64,000 nucleotides of DNA, taken from Escherichia phage Ge15. Of the stretch, positions 19,180 through 28,531 are shown piece by piece. The notes under the pieces were generated by a model. The model saw nothing but the letters and a program-made list of their open reading frames with translations, ran no database searches and was not told where the DNA came from. The stretch lies in the sequence record PP359696.1, one strand, 5' to 3'. How positions within the stretch are numbered: the first letter of the stretch is position 1; each line of letters starts with the position of its first letter. A program made the position numbers and the translations under genes.

Positions 19180-20109
19180 ATGAAAACTCGTAAACATTAT
19201 ATTGATTATTTTGACAGTCTTATTATTAAACACCGTAATTATCAGATCGGACACAGAGCAGTAATCAATAATATTCTTCGTGATTTCCTTCAATATGTTG
19301 GCCAGGAAAATCATATCTGTAAAGATACTCAAAACGCTTATTCTCATTCGTTGGGCAATTTGCTTCAATGGTTTAAACGTTCTCGTATGTTATCTTCTAC
19401 TGTAGCTCGCGATAACATTAAAAACTTTATGAAGCCGAGCTTTATTAAATCTGAGACATCTATAACTGATTTGGTTGAATTTACTATTGTTAACGATGTT
19501 AAAAAGACCCATTTGGCTGATTGGTTATCTACCATTCCTGAAACTAAATTTGCTGATAAATTTGCTTGTCAATTCAATGACCAAGTGAATATGCTTTTTA
19601 AGCATGCTCGCAAACTATTTACCGCGGGCGATGACCGTACAAATACAGTTCATGTTAAGGACTGGGTTATTGCTGATGAAGTAACACACAAGCCAGGTGG
19701 TTCATCAGTATTAATTAATATCCAGGTTCCTTATTATTACTCACGTAATCTCGGCACCATGAACTCTAGAGAAATTAATAAGCACAACAAAACTATTCGT
19801 TCGTTATCTTATAAACTCCGCATGATGTTAAAAATCATGGACGTAGTAGAAATGTATGACGAAACCGAAGATAATGGTTCAATGTTATACAGTTCACGCA
19901 TTTTAATTAAACTGAAGAACCCTAATACATATAAGACAGTTGTAAAAGAGCCTAAAGTAGAAAAGATTGATAACTTGAGCGAAGAACGTGAATACCTCAA
20001 ATCTCGACTAGTTGAAGTTGAAGCTCAGATTGCCGAACACACTAAATTGTTAAAAGCTCTTAATGCAAAAGCAAATGGTTTACGTAATGCTATTGAGGTA
20101 TTGAAATGA
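19180..20109 (+). CDS. Hypothetical protein, member of coiled-coil-tailed paralog array
   Basis: 309 aa, N-terminus MKTRKHYIDYF, C-terminal coiled coil ending AIEVLK. Confidence 0.5.
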   Translation: MKTRKHYIDYFDSLIIKHRNYQIGHRAVINNILRDFLQYVGQENHICKDTQNAYSHSLGNLLQWFKRSRMLSSTVARDNIKNFMKPSFIKSETSITDLVEFTIVNDVKKTHLADWLSTIPETKFADKFACQFNDQVNMLFKHARKLFTAGDDRTNTVHVKDWVIADEVTHKPGGSSVLINIQVPYYYSRNLGTMNSREINKHNKTIRSLSYKLRMMLKIMDVVEMYDETEDNGSMLYSSRILIKLKNPNTYKTVVKEPKVEKIDNLSEEREYLKSRLVEVEAQIAEHTKLLKALNAKANGLRNAIEVLK

Positions 20110-20495
20110 AAAAGCGTCTATTAGAAGATATTGCAGCTTCAAGTAATTCCAGTCTAATTAAAATTATTATGGCTGGTGAAGAAGACGATCTGGAAATGCG
20201 CGGAAAGATTCATGGTTGTGATGATTTAGATTTTAAACCTCCAGCCTGGGATGCTATTATGGTTATGGTTGAACGTCGCGAAAGGGCTTCTAAAAACGTT
20301 CCTAATTGTCCTGAATGCGGTACTGAACAAGTTCAATTGATTAACTGGCGTAAACCGGAACTTGAATATAAATGCCGTCATTGCAAACATAAATTTAGTA
20401 AGCATGCTCCGGAAATGGTTAAATTACCTGACTCTACTGAGTTCTTTAAAGAACTTGCGAGTGTTCAACCAATGCCTAATAATATTTTGGATTAA
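20106..20495 (+). CDS. Zinc-ribbon protein
   Basis: CPECG...(17 aa)...CRHCKHKF four-Cys ribbon; ATGA overlap. Confidence 0.5.
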
Positions 20496-20496
20496 A

Positions 20497-20739
20497 ATGA
20501 CAAAGCGTAAAGAATATATGGAGACTGCTGAAAAGGCAGTCCGTGAATTAGCAATAGCGTATTATAATGAACATGGTAAATTTCCTGATAGATATAGCGT
20601 GCTTAAATCTGCTTTAACTCGTTCATATAAAAATATGCTATCAGAAGTAAGTGATATTATATACAAACATAAAGAACAAACAGGTCAAAGTCTTGATTAC
20701 GACGAGACTTTTAAACAAGTACTAGGAATTAAGGAATAA
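20497..20739 (+). CDS. Hypothetical protein
   Basis: 80 aa from ATG 20497 (track ORF 20362 frame). Confidence 0.45.
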
Positions 20740-20740
20740 T

Positions 20741-21004
20741 ATGTTTAAAGTATATGGTTATGATAGCAACATCCATAAATGTGTGTATTGCGATAATGCA
20801 AAACGTCTCTTGACTGTGAAGAAACAGCCATTTGAATTTATCAACATTATGCCGGAAAAAGGTGTTTTTGATGATGAGAAAATCGCTGAGCTTCTGACGA
20901 AACTAGGTCGTGATACTCAAATTGGTTTGACAATGCCACAAGTATTTGCTCCTGATGGAAGTCATATTGGTGGATTTGACCAACTGCGAGAATATTTTAA
21001 ATGA
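20741..21004 (+). CDS. nrdC: Phage thioredoxin (glutaredoxin-like)
   Basis: 87 aa, MFKVYGYDSNIHKCVYCDNAKRLL with CVYC active site, as recalled for T4 NrdC. Confidence 0.93.
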   Translation: MFKVYGYDSNIHKCVYCDNAKRLLTVKKQPFEFINIMPEKGVFDDEKIAELLTKLGRDTQIGLTMPQVFAPDGSHIGGFDQLREYFK

Positions 21005-21216
21005 TGCTCGAAGGAAATGACTATATTCATGATTACCGCGGAAGCGCGGTATATGTAGGTGATGAAGTTGCAGTTTATTATGGGTATGGAACTTTGATGA
21101 CAGCAAAGGTTATTCAAATTAAAAATAATCGTGCTAAACTCGAAGTTTATTATTCTAATGGTGAAAAGTCTATTTCTAAGTGGAAATACGGCGATTGTAT
21201 GGTTAAATTGGGGTAA
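21001..21216 (+). CDS. Hypothetical protein
   Basis: 71-aa ORF overlapping nrdC stop. Confidence 0.45.
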   Translation: MMLEGNDYIHDYRGSAVYVGDEVAVYYGYGTLMTAKVIQIKNNRAKLEVYYSNGEKSISKWKYGDCMVKLG

Positions 21217-21218
21217 AT

Positions 21219-21389
21219 ATGATTTACGATATTAATGTATCACGAGCTCCGTCAATGGTTACTATTCCTGCTGAAGAACTAGATCGTCTTCATAAAATTG
21301 AAGAACTTCTTTGGGAAATTGAATGTGCCCTGCCATCAGGACTAGAATCCTGGATTGATGATGAAGAACTTAATAAATTGCGAAATTAA
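21219..21389 (+). CDS. Hypothetical small acidic protein
   Basis: 56-aa ORF not in track, fills gap. Confidence 0.3.
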   Translation: MIYDINVSRAPSMVTIPAEELDRLHKIEELLWEIECALPSGLESWIDDEELNKLRN

Positions 21390-21399
21390 TTGGTGAAAA

Positions 21400-21720
21400 A
21401 TGACTATTGAAAATAAATTAGATGTTGATGCAGTTCTGAGCGAAATCATTGAAGACCATGATGCATTTTCGGAAAACTATGATTTCGATTTTTCCGATTA
21501 TCTTAAACCTGTCGAAATAGAAGACTGGGTGCAAGATGGTAAATGTCAATATCGTCAGTGTGTTTACTTTAGTCCAAAACATAATGTACATGTGGCTGTA
21601 AATGAATCTCGCTCAGGTTCTTACCATTCTGACTGGTATTATGCAGTTCCGACTGTTGAACTAGTCGAGCCCCATGAACGTGTAGTAACTCAGACAGTAC
21701 GAGAATGGATTACGCTATAA
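21400..21720 (+). CDS. Hypothetical acidic protein
   Basis: 106-aa ORF. Confidence 0.45.
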   Translation: MTIENKLDVDAVLSEIIEDHDAFSENYDFDFSDYLKPVEIEDWVQDGKCQYRQCVYFSPKHNVHVAVNESRSGSYHSDWYYAVPTVELVEPHERVVTQTVREWITL

Positions 21721-21843
21721 AACCTTGGTGGGCGGCTAGATGGGAAACTGTAGAGCCAGAGCCGGAAGAACCGGTTTACACTGATGAAGAAACAATATAT
21801 AATGAACCAACGATAAATGACTTAATTGATATGGAGATGGGAC

Positions 21844-22329
21844 ATGATTACAGTAGATAAGTGGTTTAGAATTAATCGTGCTGATACAGGGCTGTGTAAT
21901 TACTGGCCGGAACTTAGTGCAGGTACTGTCTTTAAAGTTCGTGAACTTGCAAAAGAATGTGAAGATGATATAGAGCCTGATACTGGAATTATTGAAATTG
22001 AACTTTCTGATGGAAAGATTATTAACATCTACGATAAGCCAATTACGTATTGGTGCTTGTGGAATACTGAATCAGTAGAAAATGGCGAAATTGAAGAAGT
22101 TGTAGATAGAACTAATCAAGTTGTTCAGAAGCCTAAAGCTGATTTTCAAGGTGAACGTATTTCATATGCATTAGCTAAATTAGCTGCACAAGAAAATAAC
22201 GATGGCTATGAAGGAAATTTGATGCAAGCTGCGGCAGAATATATTGAATGGCTTGAAACCCAAATTTCTTTTTCTGACCAAAAGATTCGGCAATATAAGC
22301 GATTGAATCAAATGTTTTACAATACTTGA
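21844..22329 (+). CDS. Hypothetical protein, possibly Pin (Lon protease inhibitor)
   Basis: 161 aa from ATG 21844, directly upstream of gene 49 where T4 pin maps; identity not verifiable from motif. Confidence 0.4.
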   Translation: MITVDKWFRINRADTGLCNYWPELSAGTVFKVRELAKECEDDIEPDTGIIEIELSDGKIINIYDKPITYWCLWNTESVENGEIEEVVDRTNQVVQKPKADFQGERISYALAKLAAQENNDGYEGNLMQAAAEYIEWLETQISFSDQKIRQYKRLNQMFYNT

Positions 22330-22340
22330 AAATAATAAAT

Positions 22341-22370
22341 ACCCTTATCTATTTAAGGTAAGGGTTTATT
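22341..22370 (+). promoter_or_regulatory. RNA hairpin sequestering the gene 49 ribosome-binding site
   Basis: ACCCTTA-(11 nt loop)-TAAGGGT stem; the AAGGG Shine-Dalgarno 6 nt upstream of ATG 22371 lies in the 3' arm. Confidence 0.5.
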
Positions 22371-22844
22371 ATGTTATTGACTGGCAAATTATACAAAGAA
22401 GAAAAACAGAAATTTTATGATGCACAAAACGGTAAATGCTTAATTTGCCAACGAGAACTAAATCCTGATGTTCAAGCTAATCATCTTGATCATGACCATG
22501 AATTAAATGGACCAAAAGCAGGAAAGGTGCGTGGATTGCTTTGTAATCTCTGCAATGCCGCAGAAGGTCAAATGAAACATAAATTTAATCGTTCTGGCTT
22601 AAAGGGGCAAGGTGTTGATTATCTTGAATGGTTAGAAAATTTACTTACTTATTTAAAATCCGATTACACCCAAAATAATATTCATCCTAACTTTGTTGGA
22701 GATAAATCAAAGGAATTTTCTCGTTTAGGAAAAGAGGAAATGATGGCTGAGATGCTTCAAAGAGGATTTGAATATAATGAATCTGACACTAAAACACAAT
22801 TAATAGCTTCATTCAAGAAGCAGCTTAGAAAGAGTTTAAAATGA
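22371..22844 (+). CDS. 49: Endonuclease VII (Holliday junction resolvase)
   Basis: 157 aa; MLLTGKLYKEEKQKFYDAQNGKCLICQREL... with Zn-binding Cys cluster and HLDHDH motif as in T4 endo VII. Confidence 0.95.
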   Translation: MLLTGKLYKEEKQKFYDAQNGKCLICQRELNPDVQANHLDHDHELNGPKAGKVRGLLCNLCNAAEGQMKHKFNRSGLKGQGVDYLEWLENLLTYLKSDYTQNNIHPNFVGDKSKEFSRLGKEEMMAEMLQRGFEYNESDTKTQLIASFKKQLRKSLK

Positions 22845-24658
22845 CAATTGAAAAAGAAATTGAAGGATTGATTCATAAAACTAATAAAGACCTTTTAAAC
22901 GAGAATGCTAATAAAGATTCTCGTGTTTTTCCAACTCAACGGGACCTTATGGCTGGTATTGTGTCTAAACACATTGCCAAAAATATGGTCCCGTCTTTTA
23001 TTATGAAAGCGCATGAAAGCGGAATTATTCATTTCCATGATATTGATTATTCCCCTGCTCTTCCATTTACTAATTGCTGTTTAGTAGATTTAAAAGGAAT
23101 GCTTGAGAACGGATTTAAGCTTGGTAATGCACAGATTGAAACTCCTAAATCAATTGGCGTTGCTACTGCAATTATGGCACAAATTACTGCACAGGTTGCT
23201 TCCCATCAATACGGCGGAACGACTTTTGCTAATGTAGATAAAGTACTTTCTCCTTATGTTAAACGCACCTATGCAAAACATATTGAGGATGCAGAAAAAT
23301 GGCAAATCGCTGATGCGTTGAATTATGCTCAATCTAAAACAGAAAAAGATGTATACGATGCATTCCAAGCTTATGAATATGAAGTAAATACTCTCTTTAG
23401 TTCAAACGGACAAACACCTTTTGTAACAATTACATTTGGTACAGGAACTGACTGGACTGAACGAATGATTCAGAAAGCAATTCTGAAAAATCGTATTAAA
23501 GGTCTCGGTCGTGATGGGATAACTCCTATTTTCCCTAAGCTTGTTATGTTCGTTGAAGAAGGTGTTAATCTTTATAAAGACGATCCGAACTACGATATTA
23601 AGCAGCTTGCTCTAGAGTGCGCAAGCAAAAGAATGTATCCTGATATTATTTCAGCTAAGAACAATAAAGCTATCACCGGCTCATCTATTCCTGTTTCTCC
23701 AATGGGTTGCCGTAGTTTCTTGAGCGTATGGAAAGATTCGACTGGTAATGAAATTCTTGATGGACGTAATAATCTCGGTGTTGTAACACTGAATCTTCCT
23801 CGTATCGCATTAGATTCTTATATTGGAACACAGTTCAATGAACAGAAATTTATCGAATTATTTAATGAACGAATGGATTTATGTTTTGAAGCTTTGATGT
23901 GTAGAATTAGTTCCTTAAAAGGAGTTAAAGCTACTGTTGCTCCTATTCTTTACCAAGAAGGTGCATTCGGGGTTCGTCTTAAACCTGATGACGACATAAT
24001 TGAGTTATTTAAAAACGGTAGAAGTTCAGTGTCTTTAGGATACATTGGTATCCACGAATTGAATATTCTTGTCGGACGTGATATTGGACAAGAAATTTTA
24101 ACTAAAATGAATGCTCTTCTTAAACAATGGACTGAAAGAACTGGGTTTGCTTTTAGCTTGTATTCTACACCTGCTGAAAACTTGTGTTATCGCTTCTGTA
24201 AACTCGATACAGAAAAATATGGAAGTGTAAAAGATGTTACAGATAAAGGCTGGTACACTAATAGTTTCCATGTTTCAGTAGAAGAAAATATTACTCCGTT
24301 TGAAAAGATTTCTCGTGAAGCGCCATATCATTTCATTGCGACAGGTGGTCACATTTCTTATGTTGAACTTCCTGATATGAAAAATAACTTAAAGGGTCTT
24401 GAGGCCGTATGGGATTATGCTGCACAACATTTAGATTATTTTGGTGTTAATATGCCAGTAGATAAATGTTTTACATGTGGAAGTACTCATGAAATGACTC
24501 CTACTGAAAACGGATTTGTTTGTTCTATTTGTGGAGAAACTGATCCTAAAAAGATGAACACAATAAGAAGAACATGTGGTTATTTGGGAAATCCGAACGA
24601 ACGCGGATTTAATCTCGGTAAAAATAAAGAAATCATGCATAGGGTTAAACACCAATGA
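22841..24658 (+). CDS. nrdD: Anaerobic ribonucleoside-triphosphate reductase (class III RNR)
   Basis: 605 aa, C-terminal Zn/glycyl-radical region CFTCGSTHE...CSICGE...RRTCGYLGNP; continuous ORF (no intron). Confidence 0.95.
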   Translation: MTIEKEIEGLIHKTNKDLLNENANKDSRVFPTQRDLMAGIVSKHIAKNMVPSFIMKAHESGIIHFHDIDYSPALPFTNCCLVDLKGMLENGFKLGNAQIETPKSIGVATAIMAQITAQVASHQYGGTTFANVDKVLSPYVKRTYAKHIEDAEKWQIADALNYAQSKTEKDVYDAFQAYEYEVNTLFSSNGQTPFVTITFGTGTDWTERMIQKAILKNRIKGLGRDGITPIFPKLVMFVEEGVNLYKDDPNYDIKQLALECASKRMYPDIISAKNNKAITGSSIPVSPMGCRSFLSVWKDSTGNEILDGRNNLGVVTLNLPRIALDSYIGTQFNEQKFIELFNERMDLCFEALMCRISSLKGVKATVAPILYQEGAFGVRLKPDDDIIELFKNGRSSVSLGYIGIHELNILVGRDIGQEILTKMNALLKQWTERTGFAFSLYSTPAENLCYRFCKLDTEKYGSVKDVTDKGWYTNSFHVSVEENITPFEKISREAPYHFIATGGHISYVELPDMKNNLKGLEAVWDYAAQHLDYFGVNMPVDKCFTCGSTHEMTPTENGFVCSICGETDPKKMNTIRRTCGYLGNPNERGFNLGKNKEIMHRVKHQ

Positions 24659-25125
24659 ATTACGATAGATTTTATCCCTGTGATTTTGTGAATGGCCCTG
24701 GATGCAGGGTCGTTCTTTTCGTTACAGGTTGTTTGCATAAATGCGAAGGGTGTTATAATAAATCGACATGGAATGCTAGAAATGGTGTTCCATTCACTGG
24801 TGAAACACTAGAACAATTAATTGAATGTTTGAATAATGATTATATAGAAGGATTGACTATAACCGGAGGTGACCCTCTCTATCCTGATAACAGAGACGTG
24901 ATTCACTCTGTGGTTCAAACTATTAAAAATCTTTATCCCAATAAAAGCATTTGGTTGTGGACAGGATATAAGTTTGAAGATATTAAACAACTAGAAATGC
25001 TTAAATATGTTGATGTTATTATTGATGGGAAGTATGAGAAAAATCTTCCGACCAAAAAGCTGTGGCGAGGATCAGATAATCAGCGACTTTGGTCAAATAC
25101 CGATGGGGTGTGGACACATGATTAA
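24655..25125 (+). CDS. nrdG: Anaerobic RNR activating enzyme (radical SAM)
   Basis: 156 aa, CLHKCEGC radical-SAM CxxxCxxC motif, ATGA overlap with nrdD. Confidence 0.93.
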   Translation: MNYDRFYPCDFVNGPGCRVVLFVTGCLHKCEGCYNKSTWNARNGVPFTGETLEQLIECLNNDYIEGLTITGGDPLYPDNRDVIHSVVQTIKNLYPNKSIWLWTGYKFEDIKQLEMLKYVDVIIDGKYEKNLPTKKLWRGSDNQRLWSNTDGVWTHD

Positions 25126-25240
25126 ATTGAATTACATTATGGATACTATAAATGATATGATTTTTCATTTTGGTCCAGAATTTTATTCGCAATATAGTTT
25201 AGTGCTTATCAATGCTTGGTTAATCAATTAAGGGTAAAAT

Positions 25241-25456
25241 ATGTATAAATTTCGTAAAGGTTTAGCTGATTTTCTTACAACTGTAACGTTCTTTTTGTTT
25301 ATGGCAGTTGGTGCTATTTTTCTTATTCCTTTTATTGCTATATTTTTCGTGATTAGCTTAATTTCTCCAGAAAAAGGCTTATCTTCTAGCGAGTTCAATG
25401 AGCGTCTGGATAAAATTACTAACAAACTGAATGCTGTTCTTGATAAAAAGGCCTAA
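25241..25456 (+). CDS. Hypothetical small membrane protein
   Basis: 71 aa, one long hydrophobic helix. Confidence 0.45.
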   Translation: MYKFRKGLADFLTTVTFFLFMAVGAIFLIPFIAIFFVISLISPEKGLSSSEFNERLDKITNKLNAVLDKKA

Positions 25457-25458
25457 TT

Positions 25459-25770
25459 ATGATTAGTTTTGAGCGATATGTGGTAGAGAGTTGGAAGGGT
25501 TTTGATATGTTCGGTAATGACTATTATTTCTATGAATGTAGTCTAAATCCTAGTTTTTGGGCTGGACGAGAACGAGAACTTGAAGAAATTAATAACCGTG
25601 CTGAATTGTTAGGTGAATTACCTACGGTTTATTTTACCTTTGATGCATCTGGATTTGTTATCCAGGTTTATTTTCCTGAAGAAAATTCTGGCGATGATTC
25701 TGTTAACCCGCCATACTGGGCTTATCAAGGAATTATTTCTCGTGGAACAAAACTCGAACTTAAAGAATAA
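25459..25770 (+). CDS. Hypothetical protein
   Basis: 103-aa ORF, AAGG RBS. Confidence 0.45.
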   Translation: MISFERYVVESWKGFDMFGNDYYFYECSLNPSFWAGRERELEEINNRAELLGELPTVYFTFDASGFVIQVYFPEENSGDDSVNPPYWAYQGIISRGTKLELKE

Positions 25771-26065
25771 GATTGAAGTCTATGGAATTCCAGATGAAGT
25801 AGGTCGTTGTCCTGGATGTCAATCAGTTACAAAACTTCTAAAGGAGCTTAATGCTCCTTTTACTTTCTATAAAGTTCTTACAAATAATGGTAAGATTGAG
25901 TATGATCGTCCACTGATTGTATCTCTTGCTAAACGCGCTGGATTCACATCTCTTAACATTCGTTATCCAGTCATTTTCATCAATGATTCTAGACAAAAGA
26001 ACATTAAACACTTCAAAGAAACTCTCATTTCACTTGGATATGATAGAGATATCATAGAAGACTAA
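25694..26065 (+). CDS. Glutaredoxin-like protein (CPGC active site)
   Basis: Thioredoxin-fold sequence KIEVYGIPDEVGRCPGCQSV; start uncertain (ATG 25694 overlaps upstream ORF; GTG 25742 has AAGGA RBS). Confidence 0.55.
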   Translation: MILLTRHTGLIKELFLVEQNSNLKNKIEVYGIPDEVGRCPGCQSVTKLLKELNAPFTFYKVLTNNGKIEYDRPLIVSLAKRAGFTSLNIRYPVIFINDSRQKNIKHFKETLISLGYDRDIIED

Positions 26066-26090
26066 GGCGGGCCCTCTGGGCCTTTCTTTC
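26066..26090 (+). terminator. Putative intrinsic terminator
   Basis: GGCCC-TCT-GGGCC hairpin followed by TTTCTTTCTT. Confidence 0.5.
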
Positions 26091-26159
26091 TTACATTCTG
26101 TATATTACCATTCTAAGCTATCGTTCCTTTCTTATCATTCCCTAAAATATTTTTCACAA

Positions 26160-26197
26160 AGTTGTTTACAACAAGCTCAAACTGTGGTATTATTAAC
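26160..26197 (+). promoter_or_regulatory. T4-type early promoter
   Basis: GTTGTTTAC ... TGTGGTATTATTAAC. Confidence 0.65.
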
Positions 26198-26223
26198 ACA
26201 TGAATTGCCTTTGAGGAATTGAT

Positions 26224-26406
26224 ATGGTTGTGGTTGATAAAGAAATTAAAAAGGGGCAGTATTATCTCATTAATGGTAATGCTGTTCGTGTTACTCATGT
26301 AAATAGTTTTGAAGTTTGCTATATTATACTCAAGTTACATAAACGCATGATTTGCGATCGTGCTGCATTTAGTTCAGTTGCTAAGGAAATTAAACTCCAT
26401 GGGTAA
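26224..26406 (+). CDS. Hypothetical small protein
   Basis: 60 aa, GAGG RBS, early promoter upstream. Confidence 0.4.
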   Translation: MVVVDKEIKKGQYYLINGNAVRVTHVNSFEVCYIILKLHKRMICDRAAFSSVAKEIKLHG

Positions 26407-26692
26407 AACGTATCGTCGTAAAGATTTAAAAGTACGTGATTATGACTATTTCGGAAAGCGTAAAGCTCCTGATGGGGTAAGTCATAAAGATATGGTTGAA
26501 AACATTTTTCGCTCAGATAAATGGCGTAGAATGAAAGGTATTGATTCAGAAGTTAAAGATGAGCTAAATCGCCAATTACGTGGTGAAGTAAGAAAGTTGA
26601 AAAAATCAGTTTACATTGACGATGATTTTGATTATAATACTTCTCAACGAGTTGCTAAACGTAAATCAAACGAGTGTTATCGTTACAGCTGA
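26399..26692 (+). CDS. Hypothetical highly basic protein
   Basis: 97 aa from ATG 26399; Lys/Arg-rich. Confidence 0.45.
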   Translation: MGKTYRRKDLKVRDYDYFGKRKAPDGVSHKDMVENIFRSDKWRRMKGIDSEVKDELNRQLRGEVRKLKKSVYIDDDFDYNTSQRVAKRKSNECYRYS

Positions 26693-26699
26693 GGAAATT

Positions 26700-26831
26700 A
26701 TGAATATCAAACGAATGCTTTTTAAGCAGGGGTTATACACTTTAAATGTTACTCCAAAAGGTGATACAACTAAGTGGTCAGTAAATGACTGGATTAAATT
26801 TATTGATGAAAACGGTAACTGGAAAATTTAA
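26700..26831 (+). CDS. Hypothetical small protein
   Basis: 43 aa from ATG 26700 (track ORF 26616 frame), GAGG RBS. Confidence 0.3.
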   Translation: MNIKRMLFKQGLYTLNVTPKGDTTKWSVNDWIKFIDENGNWKI

Positions 26832-27032
26832 ATGAATCCTGAATCTAAATTATCACAACGAATTGCCGAATCTCGTCGTCAGTTCTTTGAAAATATGATA
26901 GCCCAAGGTATTGATGATGAAGTTTTTCTAAACTGGTTTTGGAATCACAAATATTCAAGTTGCTCAGGAGCAATATTAATATCAGCCGCAATGATGTATG
27001 AAGGCTGGAAGGGTGCCAAACAGTTTAGCTAA
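26832..27032 (+). CDS. Hypothetical protein
   Basis: 66 aa, followed by tetraloop terminator. Confidence 0.4.
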   Translation: MNPESKLSQRIAESRRQFFENMIAQGIDDEVFLNWFWNHKYSSCSGAILISAAMMYEGWKGAKQFS

Positions 27033-27050
27033 GGGCTTCGGCCCTTTTTG
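27033..27050 (+). terminator. Intrinsic terminator
   Basis: GGGC-TTCG-GCCC + TTTTT. Confidence 0.75.
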
Positions 27051-27084
27051 GATAATAAAATTTTAACGCAATTGAGGATAATGT

Positions 27085-27411
27085 ATGACTATTCAAATTA
27101 AAAACGCCATCAATTCTTATGCATATGATAAAGTAGTCTCTTTGCTAGAAAAAGGCAATATTGTAACTCCTCAAATTTTGGATAAATGGGAAAAAGAGCT
27201 TCATCAGACGATGAAACAGAATGATCAGAAAATTGGGCGCAATACTGTCCGTGAATTGTTGGTTCAATATATCTTGTCAGAATTTGATGTTAAAGCTTTT
27301 GGTGTAGAATCTAAAGCTTATCAAAAGCATGAAATTTCCGATAAAACTATTCGTCGTATGAAAAACCAACGCAAGAAAAAATTTGCTGACCTGAAAATTG
27401 CTAAGGTATGA
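27085..27411 (+). CDS. Hypothetical protein
   Basis: 108 aa, GAGG RBS. Confidence 0.45.
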   Translation: MTIQIKNAINSYAYDKVVSLLEKGNIVTPQILDKWEKELHQTMKQNDQKIGRNTVRELLVQYILSEFDVKAFGVESKAYQKHEISDKTIRRMKNQRKKKFADLKIAKV

Positions 27412-27629
27412 ATATGAACGAAGCTCTTATTAACGATTTACGTCTTGCCGGATATGAAGTAAATACAAATGGCATTGGTTTAACTCAAATTGAGGGAAAT
27501 GGATTCATCCTTGAGTATGAATTTAGCCAATGGTGGTTATATGCCAATTACGGCGAATTGATTGAATACGTTGACCAATTTGATTCACTAGATGCAGCTC
27601 TTGAAGCGGCTAAGTTGATGAATGTATGA
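27408..27629 (+). CDS. Hypothetical acidic protein
   Basis: 73 aa. Confidence 0.45.
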   Translation: MNMNEALINDLRLAGYEVNTNGIGLTQIEGNGFILEYEFSQWWLYANYGELIEYVDQFDSLDAALEAAKLMNV

Positions 27630-27895
27630 AATTTATTAATATTTCTATTACTATTGAAAATTATGGCATTTTCTATGTTGACCAATACATGAAAATTTCA
27701 TTTTTCCCAAATAAGACTGGTGTTGGATATTGGGAAAGCCATGTTTCTGAATTAAATGAAAGTGAATATGTTAGTACACATGAAAAGTTTTTAGACTTTT
27801 TATATCATGCTGATCTAACTAGTCATTATATAGATATTCATGAATTTAAAAAGATGATGGAGAAAGTGTTTCAAGCATACTGTTTACTTAGATAA
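27626..27895 (+). CDS. Hypothetical protein
   Basis: 89 aa. Confidence 0.45.
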   Translation: MKFINISITIENYGIFYVDQYMKISFFPNKTGVGYWESHVSELNESEYVSTHEKFLDFLYHADLTSHYIDIHEFKKMMEKVFQAYCLLR

Positions 27896-27973
27896 CTGAT
27901 ATCCTCTATGCTTTAAGATAGATCTTCAAATATTATGATATAATAGATCTATGAATTGAGCTAAGAGGTGAAA

Positions 27974-28531
27974 ATGTCAGAAACTAAGCCTAAATATAAT
28001 TACGTAAACAATAAAGAGCTTTTACAAGCTATTATTGATTGGAAAACAGAATTAGCAAATAATAAAGACCCAAATAAAGTAGTTCGTCAGAATGATACTA
28101 TCGGATTAGCCATTATGCTTATTGCAGAAGGCTTATCTAAACGTTTCAACTTTTCAGGATACACCCAGTCTTGGAAACAAGAAATGATTGCAGATGGTAT
28201 AGAAGCTTCTATTAAGGGGCTTCACAATTTTGATGAAACGAAATATAAAAACCCACATGCATATATAACTCAAGCTTGTTTTAATGCATTCGTCCAGCGT
28301 ATTAAAAAAGAACGTAAGGAAGTTGCAAAGAAATATAGTTACTTCGTTCACAATGTCTATGACAGCCGTGACGACGATATGGTTGCGTTAGTAGATGAAA
28401 CTTTTATTCAAGACATCTATGATAAAATGACGCATTACGAAGAATCAACCTATAGAACACCGGGGGCTGAAAAGAAAAGTGTTGTAGACGATTCTCCTAG
28501 TTTGGATTTTTTATATGAGGCTAACGATTAA
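27974..28531 (+). CDS. 55: Late-transcription sigma factor gp55
   Basis: 185 aa from ATG 27974 ([24 protein letters not shown]...) as recalled for T4 gp55; AAGAGG RBS. Confidence 0.93.

Noticed and set aside
22841-24658. Group I intron / I-TevII-type homing endonuclease in nrdD
   Set aside because: The NrdD reading frame is continuous over 605 codons with no interruption, so no intron is present here.
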